A DNA stretch of 45,112 nucleotides from Macrostomum lignano (lineage: Eukaryota), in NCBI GenBank assembly GCA_002269645.1, contig NIVC01000937.1, positions 1-45,112 of the forward strand. Reading direction: 5' to 3'. The position numbers and the translations under genes are program-made. How positions within the stretch are numbered: the first letter of the stretch is position 1; each line of letters opens with the position of its first letter. Shown here piece after piece: positions 12,101-25,177 of this stretch. The notes beneath the pieces are model-generated. The model had not been told where the DNA came from and made no database searches. It saw nothing but the letters and a program-made list of their open reading frames with translations.

Positions 12101-15100
12101 TGTCCAAAGCCCCTGCAAACCAACTAATTCATAGTTCCAGACAGCCTGAAGTAACAGAGTGAGCAAGTCGACGCGGTTGACGATTGTCTCAATGTAGAAG
12201 ATCAAGCATGGCTCCTGAAACGTATCAATCCCACAGGTGCTCAGCCGTGGTCAGATTCAACGGTGGGGCCGTTTCGCAGATGGCGCCGGAGCGAAGGTGC
12301 GCTTCGCCAAGGCGGATCTCGACAGTTTCGTGTCTGACGTCACTCTGGTCGCGTTCGGGTTCGACCGTAGTGGAGAAATTGTGGCCTCGGTCGTTAAGCA
12401 CAGCACCGCCCGTCTGGGCGGACAGGTAGGCTTACTCGAGTATTTCCTAGAAGTGAAAATTTAGTAGTCATGAATTTCTTGACCAAGGCTTGCAACGTAA
12501 CGGTACTCAATTCTACTCGTAGATCGAGCTGTCGTCGAACCTAACGGACAATCGGGGCGAGCCGCAGCAGGGCGCCGTCGTGTCGGTTCGGGCCGCGCCG
12601 GACTCGTTTGTGTTCCTCACGGGTATCGATGCGTCAGTGAACCTGCTAGCCACCGGGCAGGACATCCTGCAGAGCACCCTGACTGAGCAGTACAACTCGC
12701 GAATCAGCGGCTTGCGTTATTGGCCGAGGCCACAGAAGCTCACCACGGCAAGGATTCTACAGGTGAATGCCAAGGAGAACTTGCCTGCAGTGATAGAAGT
12801 AGAGCATCAAAATTCGAGAAAGAAAGTCTTTACGTGCTCGTATGCAAAAATTCCTTTCTTTCCAGGAGAACGGCTTGATCCTACTGAGCGATGCTTTCTA
12901 TTATGCTGGTAAGTGGAATGACGAATGGTGCAATGCAGTCTGTTTGACTATTGGCTCCTTGACGACATCAACTCACAGCGGAGACAAGGCTGTACTCCAT
13001 TGGAAAGTTGTCTCAACTAGACAGCTCTCCAATCTAGACACTCCACCGATTCTTGATAAAAATAGTGTGCTATTGCTGGTAGTTAACGAGATTTTTCATA
13101 ACCCCCAGCCGATGCTTATCTTCCAATCGTAGACGACAATTCCATGGACTACATGTACGGACAGGCGCGCAACCGAAAGCTGATGGGCGCATCAGCCGAA
13201 ATGGCGCCGGCACCGCCGATGGCAATTCGAGGCCAGGACAGCAGCGGTAGCGGCAAGACCCAGGTTCGAAAATTCTTCCCGGAGACCATGATATGGACGC
13301 TAGTGCAGGCAGAGTAAGTGCTGAATCCTCAATTTCGTATTTCGTATTTTCATAAACGTACTTATATTTTAATCAGTTTCCTATTTTCTTCGTAGCTCGG
13401 AAGGCCTGGCGAGACACTCGTTCGTCCTGCCAGACACGATCACCTCCTGGGACGTGACCGGCTTCGGCGTTGCAGTGGACGGTCCGTTTCAGACCATGGA
13501 CTCCGCCTTTAAACTGACCACCTTCAAGAACTTTTTCATCCGCCCAGTGCTGCCGTACTCGCTGGTTCGCGGGGAGAAGTTTCTGCTGAAGGTGCTCGCC
13601 TTTAACTACCGCGCCATTGCTGGCAGCGTTGAAGTCGCCGTGAATGTCACCCGGCCAGCCTTGCAGCTGCCATCGCAAACCGTGTCGCTGGAGGCAAACT
13701 CAGTTGGATTGGCTGTCTTTGAGCTGACACCGAGCAGCCTACCCAGCTTGGATGTCACCATTCGTGCCACCTGGACCGGAGAATCCTCTTCGGAAACGGA
13801 CGTTGTCGTGAAGTCGATCATTGTGATACCTGAGGGCAAGACAGTGTACCGTTCCCGTTCAGTGCTGCTCACCGCGCCAGCAAACAGTTCCAGTGACAGC
13901 GCCCAGCAGGAGATCACAGTGGAGTTCCCTCCAGAAGATTCGCCGGATCTGGTCGCCGGCTCTGAAGTGTTCAGTTACAGCGTCATTGGAGACGTCACCG
14001 GCCCGGCCATGCAGAACATCGGCGGTCTACTGCGCCTGCCAAGCGGCTGTGGCGAGCAGAATATGGTGAACTTCGCTCCCGCTGTGTTCATCTGGGAGTA
14101 TCTCACTGCAACTCGTCAGGACACTGACCCGGATGTAAGCAAGAAAGCTCTGCAGGTTATGAAGGTCGGCCTGCAGCGCCAACTTACATACAAACGCCTG
14201 GATGGCTCCTACAGCGCCTTCGGCCAGCAGGACGAAGCGGGCAGTGCGTGGCTTACCGCTTTTGTTCTCAGCATCTATTCAAAAGCGGCAGCCTTCATCA
14301 CGGTGGGATCGGACTCGCTGACAGGCCAGTCTGTGAGTTTCCTCCTTTCCAGGCAGAGCGTCAACGGACAGTTCTCTGAGCTGTCGGCTGCCCGGATTCT
14401 GGACCCAGGCCTCCAGGGCAGCTCCAGGTCCGCTTCGCATGGCCTGACCGCGTTCATCTGCATGTCCCTCATGGACGTGGAGGAGGCCGCGATCCGTTGG
14501 CCGAAGCTACAGTCGACAACCTGGAAAGACACTGACACCCGCGGTGCCATCACTAAGTGTCTCTGGTTTTTGAAATCCGCTTTCGAGAGCAGCCCGGCGG
14601 AGTTCAGCTCGTATGATGCGGCTCTGTCCGCCTACCTACTGCGACGGGCCCAGGCTTCGACGAGGTACCGACAGGCTTCGTTGGAGCGCGGTCTGCAGGC
14701 GCTGACAACAGCGCTGAGCGAAAAAGCCGAGACGGACTCCAACGGTGGCAAGTATTGGAGCACCTCGAACAGATGGGGCCGGCGTCGCGGCTCCGTGGAA
14801 GCCACAGGCTGGGCGCTGATTGGCTGCTCTATGAAGTCTGACGCCACTGAAGAGTGCCTGCAGATCCTGCGCTGGCTGAGCGACCAGCAAAACAGCCTGG
14901 GTGGCTTCAGCAGCAGCCAGGCAACTGTGGTGGGCATTCGGGCGATTGCCGCTTTCGCCACCAGCTCGGGCCTGACAGGCGGAGATGCCAGCGTGGCGCT
15001 GAATTGGGGAGACATTAGCTTTCTGAACATCATTGAGGACAGCAACCGACGTGTGCTTCAGCAGGTGCGCTAGTTTTCAAAAGGGGATTTCAACTTAGTC

Positions 15101-16491
15101 AAATGGTCCGACCAGTTATGGATTCCAATCAGTTTGGTCCGAATCCTTGCTTTAGGTTCCATTCCGGAGCTTTAAGTTGACATCCCCTTACGTTTATTTA
15201 GCGGCCGGCAGCTTCAGTTATGTACCGTGCCATCCTCTATCGGAATAACCGATTTATTGATAGTAATTGAAAATTGCACCCAATTTTTCAGTCCGATCTT
15301 TTGCGCGGCACCACCGCCCGAGTCGGTGAAGTCCAGGCTCGCCACACCGGCGAGGGCGCCGGCTTTGCCCTGGCTAAGCTCAGCTGGCAGTACAACATCC
15401 TAGATAGACAGCAGCTGACCGCTTCAGACTGGAAGAGCTCCAATGGTCTCAGCATCCGCCTGGGCTTGATGCCACCTAAGCTACCGCCAAAGAGTCAGCA
15501 TAGGCTGGCTGTCTGCGCCAAGGCCAACACCACCGTCTCTGGTGAGGGCATGCTCATACTTCGCGTGACGAACCCCAGCGGATACTCAGCCGGCCGACTG
15601 CCCGAGCCATCCAGCGTTGCCGGACTGAAGCGTGTAGAAGCCGGGTCACAGGAGGTCGTCATGTACTTTGACTATGTGAGTTGACTCGCTGCTGTTCGAT
15701 AAATTAGCGGAATGGGCGCCCGCGCCTTCCCGCTGTGTCCCCTCCGGGACAGCCCTGCAGCTAAGTTCGATAAATTCTTCATACGGCTGCTGTAACTCCT
15801 TAACCAGAGACCATTATTGGTCTGACACCATGATTAATGTTCTAGTCTGACACCACGACTGATGTTCTAGTCTGACACCATGATTGAGATTAGGTTACCT
15901 GTGATATTTGAGCGCACGTGACTGCCCAAAATAAGTTAAGATTCGAACTCACGATAGGTCAGGTCAGGACAGCGGTTTCTTCACCTGGTTTCATCAGCTG
16001 GTCTTAACAGCTAAGGACATTGTTTGTGGAGACATTTTTAAAGTTCTATATAACAATCAGTGCACAACCTTTTAGCGCACGCTCCTTTTCATGTACGCAT
16101 TACGTAGCACGCGATCTCTCATATCACCATCCTGACAAACTAGGCCCTGTAACAAATGAAAATGGGTATCTATGCGATTTTTTGCCTGGAAAATCTTTCA
16201 TAAATCAGAGCAAGAATTTTAACTCTTAAACAATTCCAGCTTCCTAACGATGGAGCATGTGTATCACTCCAATGGAGCCGCGACGTTCCGGTACTGAAGC
16301 TCAGCCCGCAGCAAATCAGCCTGCAGATGTACTACAACGCTGACCGCATTGTCAGCGCGTCGTACCTATCGCCGGAGCTTCAGGAGTTGACGCGTTGCAC
16401 GGCCTGCCCGGAGTGCCCGGATTGCAGCACTTTGAGCCCCGACACCGCCGAGGAGCCCGGCCAGCCGGCTTGGCTCAATTGGCTCGTCTGA
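9136..16491 (+). CDS. Thioester-containing protein (TEP; CD109/insect-TEP/alpha-2-macroglobulin family), about 1513 aa, 15 exons
   Basis: Exons 9136-9254, 9978-10206, 10300-10533, 10616-11132, 11207-11319, 11405-11608, 11680-11802, 11883-11927, 12237-12425, 12523-12762, 12866-12908, 13133-13313, 13396-15064, 15292-15675, 16240-16491 (4542 nt, phases consistent). Signal peptide MAPGRNLASLASCLLLLALLAA; TDKAIYKPGQ; YVLPKF; RKFFPET; LPDTITSW; thioester GCGEQNM at 14045-14059; AWLTAFV; LGGFSSSQAT; C-terminal CTACPECPDC. Confidence 0.93.
9770..9936 (-). mobile_element. tRNA-derived SINE in TEP intron 1
   Basis: Minus strand begins GTAGCCCAGTGG (A box) and has GGCTCGATTCC (B box). No full cloverleaf or CCA. 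3' boundary uncertain. Confidence 0.55.
15820..15890. repeat. Short 25-bp tandem repeat (about 3 copies) in TEP intron 14
   Basis: TCTGACACCA(T/C)GA..(A/G)ATGTTCTAG repeated. Confidence 0.8.
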
Positions 16492-17237
16492 GCAAACGTG
16501 AACTGACAGACTCGATCCTCACTAACTAACCGATGTACCAAACATTTTGTCGCGTAGTTTTACAACCAGAATGTCTAGCACTAAAACGCGAGTTCGACAA
16601 TTTCGATGCATCATCCAGCTATTGATTGGATTTACCATCTGATGCAGAGCTTAAACACAGTGCCAATATGCTTGCACTAAGAGGCAATCTGCCATTAAAT
16701 CAAAGTTTTTACTGATGTTAATCAACTTTTAATTAACTAATGCTTTTTGAAAATTTAGGATAAAAAATAAACGTGATTAAATATTATTCTGAGACAACAA
16801 TAAGACTCTTGAGCACTTGATTGATAGTAAAAACGTGAACTTGATCTTCACTCCAGAACAGAAAAGGACAGAAAGACAAATCGTACTTACTAAAAAAATT
16901 GCACAAGAGAAAGACTTCCCAGAAAATTTTCGGAAGTTGATTCCTGTTGGCGTTAAAAGAAGGGACGGATTCAGCCCATATCTTTTCTGTTTCATTCTTT
17001 CTCCACTAATTTTTTTTAGCCAAACCATAAATTTCCAGTTGAAGCTGAAGCTCCCGGAAGCAGACTGAATCATGAAAAGGAAGAGCAAAATCTTAGCTGG
17101 CTCAAAGAAACTTCTCTTGAGTCTTAGTAAATTTTGTACAAAAGGTTCTGTCGTCTTTGCGTCGTGGAACAATACTAACGCATTTCAACGTGTTACTCAG
17201 AAGGCCTCACCTGCGGTAACTACGGATTGAGCAACAA

Positions 17238-17522
17238 ATGCATCTTAGACTTCTGCTCCGGTTGCTGCTGCTTGCTTCGGTTTCTTTGTCCAATTCCTAT
17301 TGCACGACTTCGGCGAAATTCCACAAAACTGTTGGATTGGATTGAGTGCGACCCGAGTTCACCAACATCGTGTCGGGTCTGTGCACTCAACTTTACTGCG
17401 GCATTGCCTGCGCTAGGAAGGACAAGTGTCAGGCCTTCTCAGTGCTGACAGCTGGAGCCTGTCAGTGCAAGCTGTTCCTGTTCGATGCGTGCAGTCACCG
17501 TGTGCAGTCTGTGTTTTATTGA
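17238..17522 (+). pseudogene. Truncated PAN/C-type-lectin paralogue (signal peptide + PAN only)
   Basis: MHLRLLLRLLLLASVSLSNSYCTTSAKFHKTVGLD*VRPEFTNIVSGLCTQLYCGIACARKDKCQAF...HRVQSVFY*. In-frame TGA at 17343-17345 replaces a Cys. About 17396-17513 is near-identical to the intact copies. Confidence 0.8.
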
Positions 17523-18501
17523 TCCCCACTTGCAAGTAAATTTCAAGGCGATTTACTGAATTTTAAAGAAACTTGAAAGCGTTTTGTTCGTTTCTACCTG
17601 ATGACATCCAACAGTTTATGAGCGTACTGTTCTCAAATCAGTCGCATACAAGTTTATCAAATCGATCACTACCATGCTAAACTAACTCTGTGTTAAATAA
17701 AGCTGAAGTCTGAATGAGTGCTAAGCTCACCAAATACTTTTGTTGCTGAAAATCTTTTTGGAGCTTTCCTGTAAAGGAGAAAAGCACCTGTTCAAGCTTG
17801 CTAGTTTCATTGCACAGGATGTAAGTTTCTAAGGTAACTAAGAGCTGTGTAAAGTTGTTCTCACGACAAAGGCGAGGGATTAAATTCAGAAAAAGGTTTT
17901 ATTGGAATAAGATGCATTTCTGTTAGCGCATATCTAAGACCTCAGGAACAGAGCAGCTCAACAGTAAACACATTTGGCTTAAGCCAACCGACCCCTGGTT
18001 CGATTCCGTGCGCAAACACTTTTATTCGGGACTTGTGTACTTAAATTGGGCCTACAGGATGTCATTCGATTCACACCCCTGAGGCCCAACCCCCAAGACA
18101 CAAGGAGTGTAACTGCCTGACAATAGGAAAATCTGCTACTGGAAGCAAATACTGATGGATTTCTGTCGAGATTTTAGTCTTGCTCAGTAGCCCAAAAGCT
18201 TTTTATTTGAACGATAGTATCTGCTATCTAAAGCAGCAAGTAGACTGAACTTGCAAACTGAACCTGTGCACACATTGATAGAATTCCGTGACGGAGAGAG
18301 CTGCAACTAGCATTAACCGTCACCCAAAAAACTGTTTGCGATGCAAAGATAAAAGCCAGTCCTGCTTGCCATGTTCATACCAAGTCGTTTTACCTAATCT
18401 GGGCGAAAAACTTGACTTCTCTACTTCGAAGGCCTTCAACATTTATAAACTACACAAGCACTTCAAAATCTTTTGCAAGTCAACTGCGGTGTACAATTCA
18501 G

Positions 18502-19317
18502 ATGAAGTTGCGCCTGTTACTAACTGTCCTGAGCAGTACAGCATCATTGCAGCTGTTTGCATGGCTTCAAATCTTTTGGGCATCGACAGTGCTATCCAAA
18601 TCCTGCAGCGAACCCAAGGTCGCATTCCACAAGACCACCGGTGTGGACTGCGTGCGACCCGAGTTTATCCACATCGTGCCGGGTCTGTGCACTGAACTCG
18701 ACTGCGGCATTGCCTGCGCTAGGAAGGACAAGTGTCAGGCCTTCTCAGTACTGACAGCTGGAGCCTGTCAGTACAAGCTGTTCCTGTTTGATGCGTGCAG
18801 TCACCGTGTGCAGTCTGTGCCGAGCTGCACTCATCAGGTGACTGTGTATGTGAGGTCTCTGCCCGGCGTACCTCCGGGTCGCCTGTGTCCGTCCGGATAC
18901 GAGCACACGAGACATGGCACCTCGTACAAGTTTGTCATGGATAAGACGGTCACCTGGAACGATGCTCTCCAAAGTTGCAGCGCCGAGGCTGGACTGTCGA
19001 AGTTCGCGGACGCAATCGACTCCGATGAATCGAGCTACCTACTGAGTCTGCAGCACATTGTCATTCCAGAAGCCTCATCACTAAATTTTTTCCTTGGTGG
19101 CAATCAGACTGCCGCGTTTACTCCGAAGTCGAACGGTTGGTTCTGGGTTGCCTGCAACAGCTCCATCAGCTCAAGCATGTGGTACACTGACCAGCCCAAC
19201 CACGGCTTTCCAATACAAGGATGCACTGGCCTTTATAAAAAGTACGCGACAGGATTGGATGACTTTTATTGCACCGAAGCAATCCAATATATTTGCGAAT
19301 GCCAGTCAGTATTCTGA
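18502..19317 (+). CDS. Secreted PAN/apple + C-type lectin domain protein (copy A), intronless, about 271 aa
   Basis: Hydrophobic N-terminus. PAN-like LDCGIACARKDKCQAFS...C. CTLD with CPSGY, TWNDALQSC, FFLGG, WFW, WYTDQPN, C...LDDFYC...YICE. Confidence 0.85.
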   Translation: MKLRLLLTVLSSTASLQLFAWLQIFWASTVLSKSCSEPKVAFHKTTGVDCVRPEFIHIVPGLCTELDCGIACARKDKCQAFSVLTAGACQYKLFLFDACSHRVQSVPSCTHQVTVYVRSLPGVPPGRLCPSGYEHTRHGTSYKFVMDKTVTWNDALQSCSAEAGLSKFADAIDSDESSYLLSLQHIVIPEASSLNFFLGGNQTAAFTPKSNGWFWVACNSSISSSMWYTDQPNHGFPIQGCTGLYKKYATGLDDFYCTEAIQYICECQSVF

Positions 19318-20084
19318 AGATCTCTGACCAATTAGTAGAATATTTGAGAGCGTAGACAAAAACCCACCGTTTGCAGACGAAATGTCGAGAATATTTTCAC
19401 ACCCACGCAAAAAAATGACAATTCCGAATTCCAAATTTTCCACCGGGGTTGAAGCGCGGGGCTTTGAAAAGTGACCAGAAAAGACTAAGTATTGATAGAC
19501 ATGTACAGGATATAAAAGAATATCAAAAATGTCTTGATATTTCGGCCTAGATTCCGTTAATGCAACACCTTTCATGTAGTCATTTTCGGCCTGTCCCGTG
19601 TGCCTTTCTGGTCGACATTCTCTTTCCCTGTCTAAGCTTTTTTCTAGCTATCTGATAGATGAATTTATTCAAGCAAAACAATACGATCTAAATATTCATG
19701 TATTTTGATGAATAATTCTAATTCTAATTCTATTCTATTTCCCGAAGTTCTTTTAGCGACTCTTAAGTGACACATAGGCAAGAAAAATATATGGCTTATA
19801 GCAACCAGATCCTGTTAACCCAGTGCAGCGCATTCTGGTAAGCCTGATGCAACCATTGTACCAGAACAAGCTGACTGTCAGAGACCGTCTCCAAGCAGGA
19901 CGAACGTCGTGTCTTGATGCTTGTTTTTTAGTGTTTTCTAGTCAGGATTTCGTTGTACTTCTTGATGTAAGTTTTCAATTTGGAACATCTACATTTCGAA
20001 GAAGCACAGAGGCTGAAGAATTTGTGAGTAGAGTAGTCGCAAGTTTTTCTACACATGTCTTAACTGTTTTACGCAAATACAGTG

Positions 20085-20365
20085 CTATCTAAGTTTGAGT
20101 AAGACATTTGATTAGGGAGACACAAACTCGGGCATGGACACATCTATATTACTAATACTAGATCGGTATTCCTCAGAAGATCAAAGTGAGTCGTCCGCTT
20201 AGAAACCAAAGATGATATAGTTTGGGAGCATCTAATCAGAGAATACACATACACATGTACGGTAAATTAGCCTGATTTCAACCTCAATTGAAAAGAATTG
20301 TCAGTGAACACAAAAATCTAATATTGAATGCCAACACGTTTCGTCTAACCGACGTCTTCAAGGTA
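20085..20365 (+). mobile_element. Degenerate Penelope-like (GIY-YIG) remnant with an adjacent hammerhead-like motif
   Basis: Frameshifted reading resembling V(Y)KFE(C)KT(C)D..I(G)ET and IVWEHL at about 20085-20250. Minus-strand TTGAAGA-C-GTC-GGTTA-GAC-GAAACGTGTT at about 20333-20362. Confidence 0.35.
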
Positions 20366-20591
20366 GGTTAAAAATTGCATTAGTTTAACATAACAAGCAA
20401 TGCTTGTAACGAAAATTCTCGATCATAACATACATTCCAAAAGGTCCAGTTGATATGTCGCGGGCAGTTCAGTAAATAAAAAACAACGTTTAACTAAGCA
20501 AGCTACAGTGTAAACGTTAGTCGTTAGTCGCTATTAGTCGAACAAGTTAGTCGTTGGTTGCACTGATTAAGTTTATCAACTGATCCTCATT

Positions 20592-22038
<1,447 letters not shown>

Positions 22039-23194
22039 TTCTTGGCTGCATTTCTGATTGAGATTTTAACAGTGCTTTATATACAATAACTTTTGCATCC
22101 AGCCCATTTAACTATTTAAGCACTGCTCAAATGTTTAACAAGGGCCAACAATCATCTACTTAACTCAAGCCGTCCATTCTTTGTGCCTGCTTGTGCCTGA
22201 ACCTGAAGATTTGTCGTGCAGCGCTCTGTGTGGCATTTTAAAAGCCATTTATCGAAAGATGATGAATGATGCTAGGAATGATTTGATTAACAAAAATGTA
22301 TGGCTGGCTAACGGAGAAAATACACTTTGGAATCTTAATTGTTTCCCAAGTTTATTCTGATAAAATTGCTTTCAAACAAAAATCACTGCAAGCGTGATTG
22401 ATGGTCTCATGGTCAGCTCGTAGCTCGAATTACTTCATCATGTCTGAAGTTTGATTCTCATAAACTGATGTGAAACTCTCTTATTCTATTTGAACGGAAA
22501 CTCAATTTTACACAAATTAATGCAGCTAATTATATTAAAACACCATTCGCAACGAAAATATATATTCTTCTGTTTGAGCATTATCAGCAAATTTCAATTT
22601 TGACGCTGAAAATATTGAGGCGCGCAAAAAAACAAAATTGCGTAATTTGATATAAAAGTATCGAAATGAGCCAATGCTGGACAAACTCCGCTTAAAAACA
22701 CTTCGAATTAAAGTCTGTAGAGTTTTTCGAGTAGTCAAATAGTGAAGAGTATAACAAAATTACCTGAAATCCACAACTTTCACTTTGTGGGCTTTGGGTA
22801 GCAAAGTGGCTATAGCTCCAGTGTTTTGCGCTTCAACATTCTGTATCCAACCAATACTGCTATTCCTGGCAGCGGTAAAAGCTCCCGCGACCTGTTTGAT
22901 GAGTATAAACCCAAACACAATATCCAGTGTTTTCCGGGTCAGATTGGAGACATCAGTATTAGCGATAGAAAATGGTTGCCATCCAAAGGTCGGCGTTTAG
23001 TTCCACCAACAATGTTTTGAGGGAAAACACCAAGAAACTGTAACATTTAAAAGTTTACATACAGTTTTTATGCAACTAATCGACGTAAATGATCAGCATC
23101 AGCAACAAAAAACAAAAAACAAAAGGTCAGGGTCTTAAGAAGTCAGGGTCACAAGGTTCGCAAAAGAAGGACGCACCGCCCACCGAATCCAGGG

Positions 23195-23594
23195 TGCCTA
23201 CAGCGTCAGCAGCAGCACCTGCACCGGCTGTGGGCAGTATGACTCGGCGCGGATTATGTAGCCTGTCAGCTGGAGTCGCCGGCGGTGTCATATGTCGATC
23301 CAGATCAACGACAAGAGCGAGTCACTATCGTACAACCCACAGGCAGGCCACGCTATCCGCATCGAGTCGTACTGCCCACAGCCGGTCCAGGAGGTGCTGC
23401 TGCTGACGCTGCAGGCATACCACGGGGCGGAGGACAGGTGCACACTCAAGGTTGGCTCGTACGTCGATTGCCAGCTGGCTCACAACTGCTGGATCCGGTC
23501 TGGGTCAGTGGTGGCGTGGCCTACGTTCGCGCCTAGATCCAGAGGCGTGTTCATGGACAACTCCTTACTACTAATTTCTAAGAGAACCGAGTGA
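23195..23594. other. Inverted pair of an unidentified coding module; the + arm continues as a roughly 100-aa ORF (23292-23594)
   Basis: Arm 23195-23254 (minus: IIRAESYCPQPVQVLLLTL*) and arm 23355-23417 (plus: AIRIESYCPQPVQEVLLLTLQ). Related copies at about 26405-26515 (-) and 32068-32135 (+). Confidence 0.7.
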
Positions 23595-24412
23595 AGCGTC
23601 CTTCCCTTGGTCCATGGGCGCGATTTATGACTTTTAAGACCTAAGTTGCATCTACGAACATAGTAGTTTTTTAAATTTTACAACTATAACAGCGATCGTA
23701 GGCCGCACCGTCTACTCATAATGGCAGTGATAGCATTTTTCATAGCGTCGTAGCTATGTCCGATTATAACTGACTAATTGCGGCTTGGTCAGGCCAGGCC
23801 CAACAATATTCAAGCTACCTACTAACATTGACGCGTGGGGTAGGGACAAAAGAATGGAAATATTATTTTAACATCTGCTTAGCTAGGTGGAGAGGCATTT
23901 GCCCCACAGATACAAAAAACGTAGCCCAAATCGATTTAGGCAGTCAACCGTGTCAGGCCCTTCGTTATCGCTTCAACTTTGTGAGCAGCCGCCTCACTCC
24001 CAGCTCCGCTCCCGCCTCCTGCCACAGACAGCAGCCTCATCCATCAAAAATGGTTAGGAAATAAGCGGCAAAGGGTCGGAATTAAGCTGGCTTTGCTATC
24101 CCCGCAATAAGGATTAATAAATAATTCATGGGATGGCGTGGGATCCAATTATCGGCGCCAATAGAAAAAAATCGATGATCCCTGGAGTGGTGGTCGGAAA
24201 ACACTCGAAACCATGCAGTTTTGTTTTTAGCCTACGTGCAGTACAATCTATTGAGTATAAAATTCTTGCAATGAAGCAGAATTTCAGCTCTAATTATAAT
24301 TTTTAGCCCAAACTCGCGGGAGTAGTTGAAACCAGGCAGCAATACTTCAATTGACTCAGTAGCAGTCTATATTACCTTTCAAATTCGAACAACTTCGCGC
24401 TATCTGCGCATC

Positions 24413-25177
24413 ATGGAATTCTATATGGTAGCTTTTGCTCTACTTCTGGAACTCTTCTCCGCTTCAGCGGTGCTCTCTGAGTCGTGCGAATCCAAGGTCG
24501 CATTCCACAAGACCACCGGCGTGGACTGCGTGCGACCCGAGTTCATCCACATCGTGCCGGGTCTGTGCACTGAACTCGACTGCGGCATTGCCTGCGCTAG
24601 GAAGGACAAGTGTCAGGCCTTCTCAGTGCTGACAGCTGGAGCCTGTCAGTGCAAGCTGTTCCTGTTCGATGCGTGCAGTCACCGTGTGCAGTCTGTGCCG
24701 AGCTGCACTCATCAGGTGACTGTGTATGTGAGGTCTCTGCCCGGCGTACCTCCGGGTCGCCTGTGTCCGTCCGGATACGAGCACACCAAATACGGCACCT
24801 CGTACAAGGGGAGCACAGAGATCGCCTTCTGGTCGACTGCCAATCAGACCTGCAGTGCGGAACCTGGTCTGTCCAAGTTCGCTGACGCAATCGACCTTGA
24901 CGAGGTGGAGTACCTCCACTCGTTGAAGCAGCAGATCGGACTTGGATTCAGTTACTTTCTCGGCGGCGCTGGGAATCCAGCAAACGTGCCCTCCAGTTGG
25001 TTTTGGACTGGCTGTAATTTGCCTATCAGCGCCTCAGTCTGGCATGCCGGTGAGCCGAACGGGCCTGCTGAGTTATTCTGCGCCAACCTCTTCAGTGGAT
25101 TTTCTTCGGGAGGCATAGACGACTTCGAATGCACTGGAATGCATCGCTACTTTTGCGAGTGCCAGTCAGTGTTTTAG
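24413..25177 (+). CDS. Secreted PAN/apple + C-type lectin domain protein (copy B), intronless, 254 aa
   Basis: Signal peptide MEFYMVAFALLLELFSASA. Same PAN as copy A. CTLD with FWSTANQTC, YFLGG, WFW, WHAGEPN, C...IDDFEC...YFCE. Confidence 0.87.
   Translation: MEFYMVAFALLLELFSASAVLSESCESKVAFHKTTGVDCVRPEFIHIVPGLCTELDCGIACARKDKCQAFSVLTAGACQCKLFLFDACSHRVQSVPSCTHQVTVYVRSLPGVPPGRLCPSGYEHTKYGTSYKGSTEIAFWSTANQTCSAEPGLSKFADAIDLDEVEYLHSLKQQIGLGFSYFLGGAGNPANVPSSWFWTGCNLPISASVWHAGEPNGPAELFCANLFSGFSSGGIDDFECTGMHRYFCECQSVF

Noticed and set aside
17343-17345. TGA at a conserved Cys as selenocysteine
   Set aside because: A single TGC-to-TGA change in a copy that is also 3'-truncated, with no SECIS seen. 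A nonsense mutation is simpler.
17975-18020. Isolated B-box GGTTCGATTCC
   Set aside because: No matching A box or SINE body could be delineated.
19313-19390. CTGAAGA...GACGAAATGTCG as a second hammerhead
   Set aside because: The CTGAAGA overlaps the lectin A stop codon and no convincing stem II or stem I forms.
22826-23020. GSGKS as a P-loop NTPase
   Set aside because: 64-aa ORF with no preceding hydrophobic strand and no Walker B.
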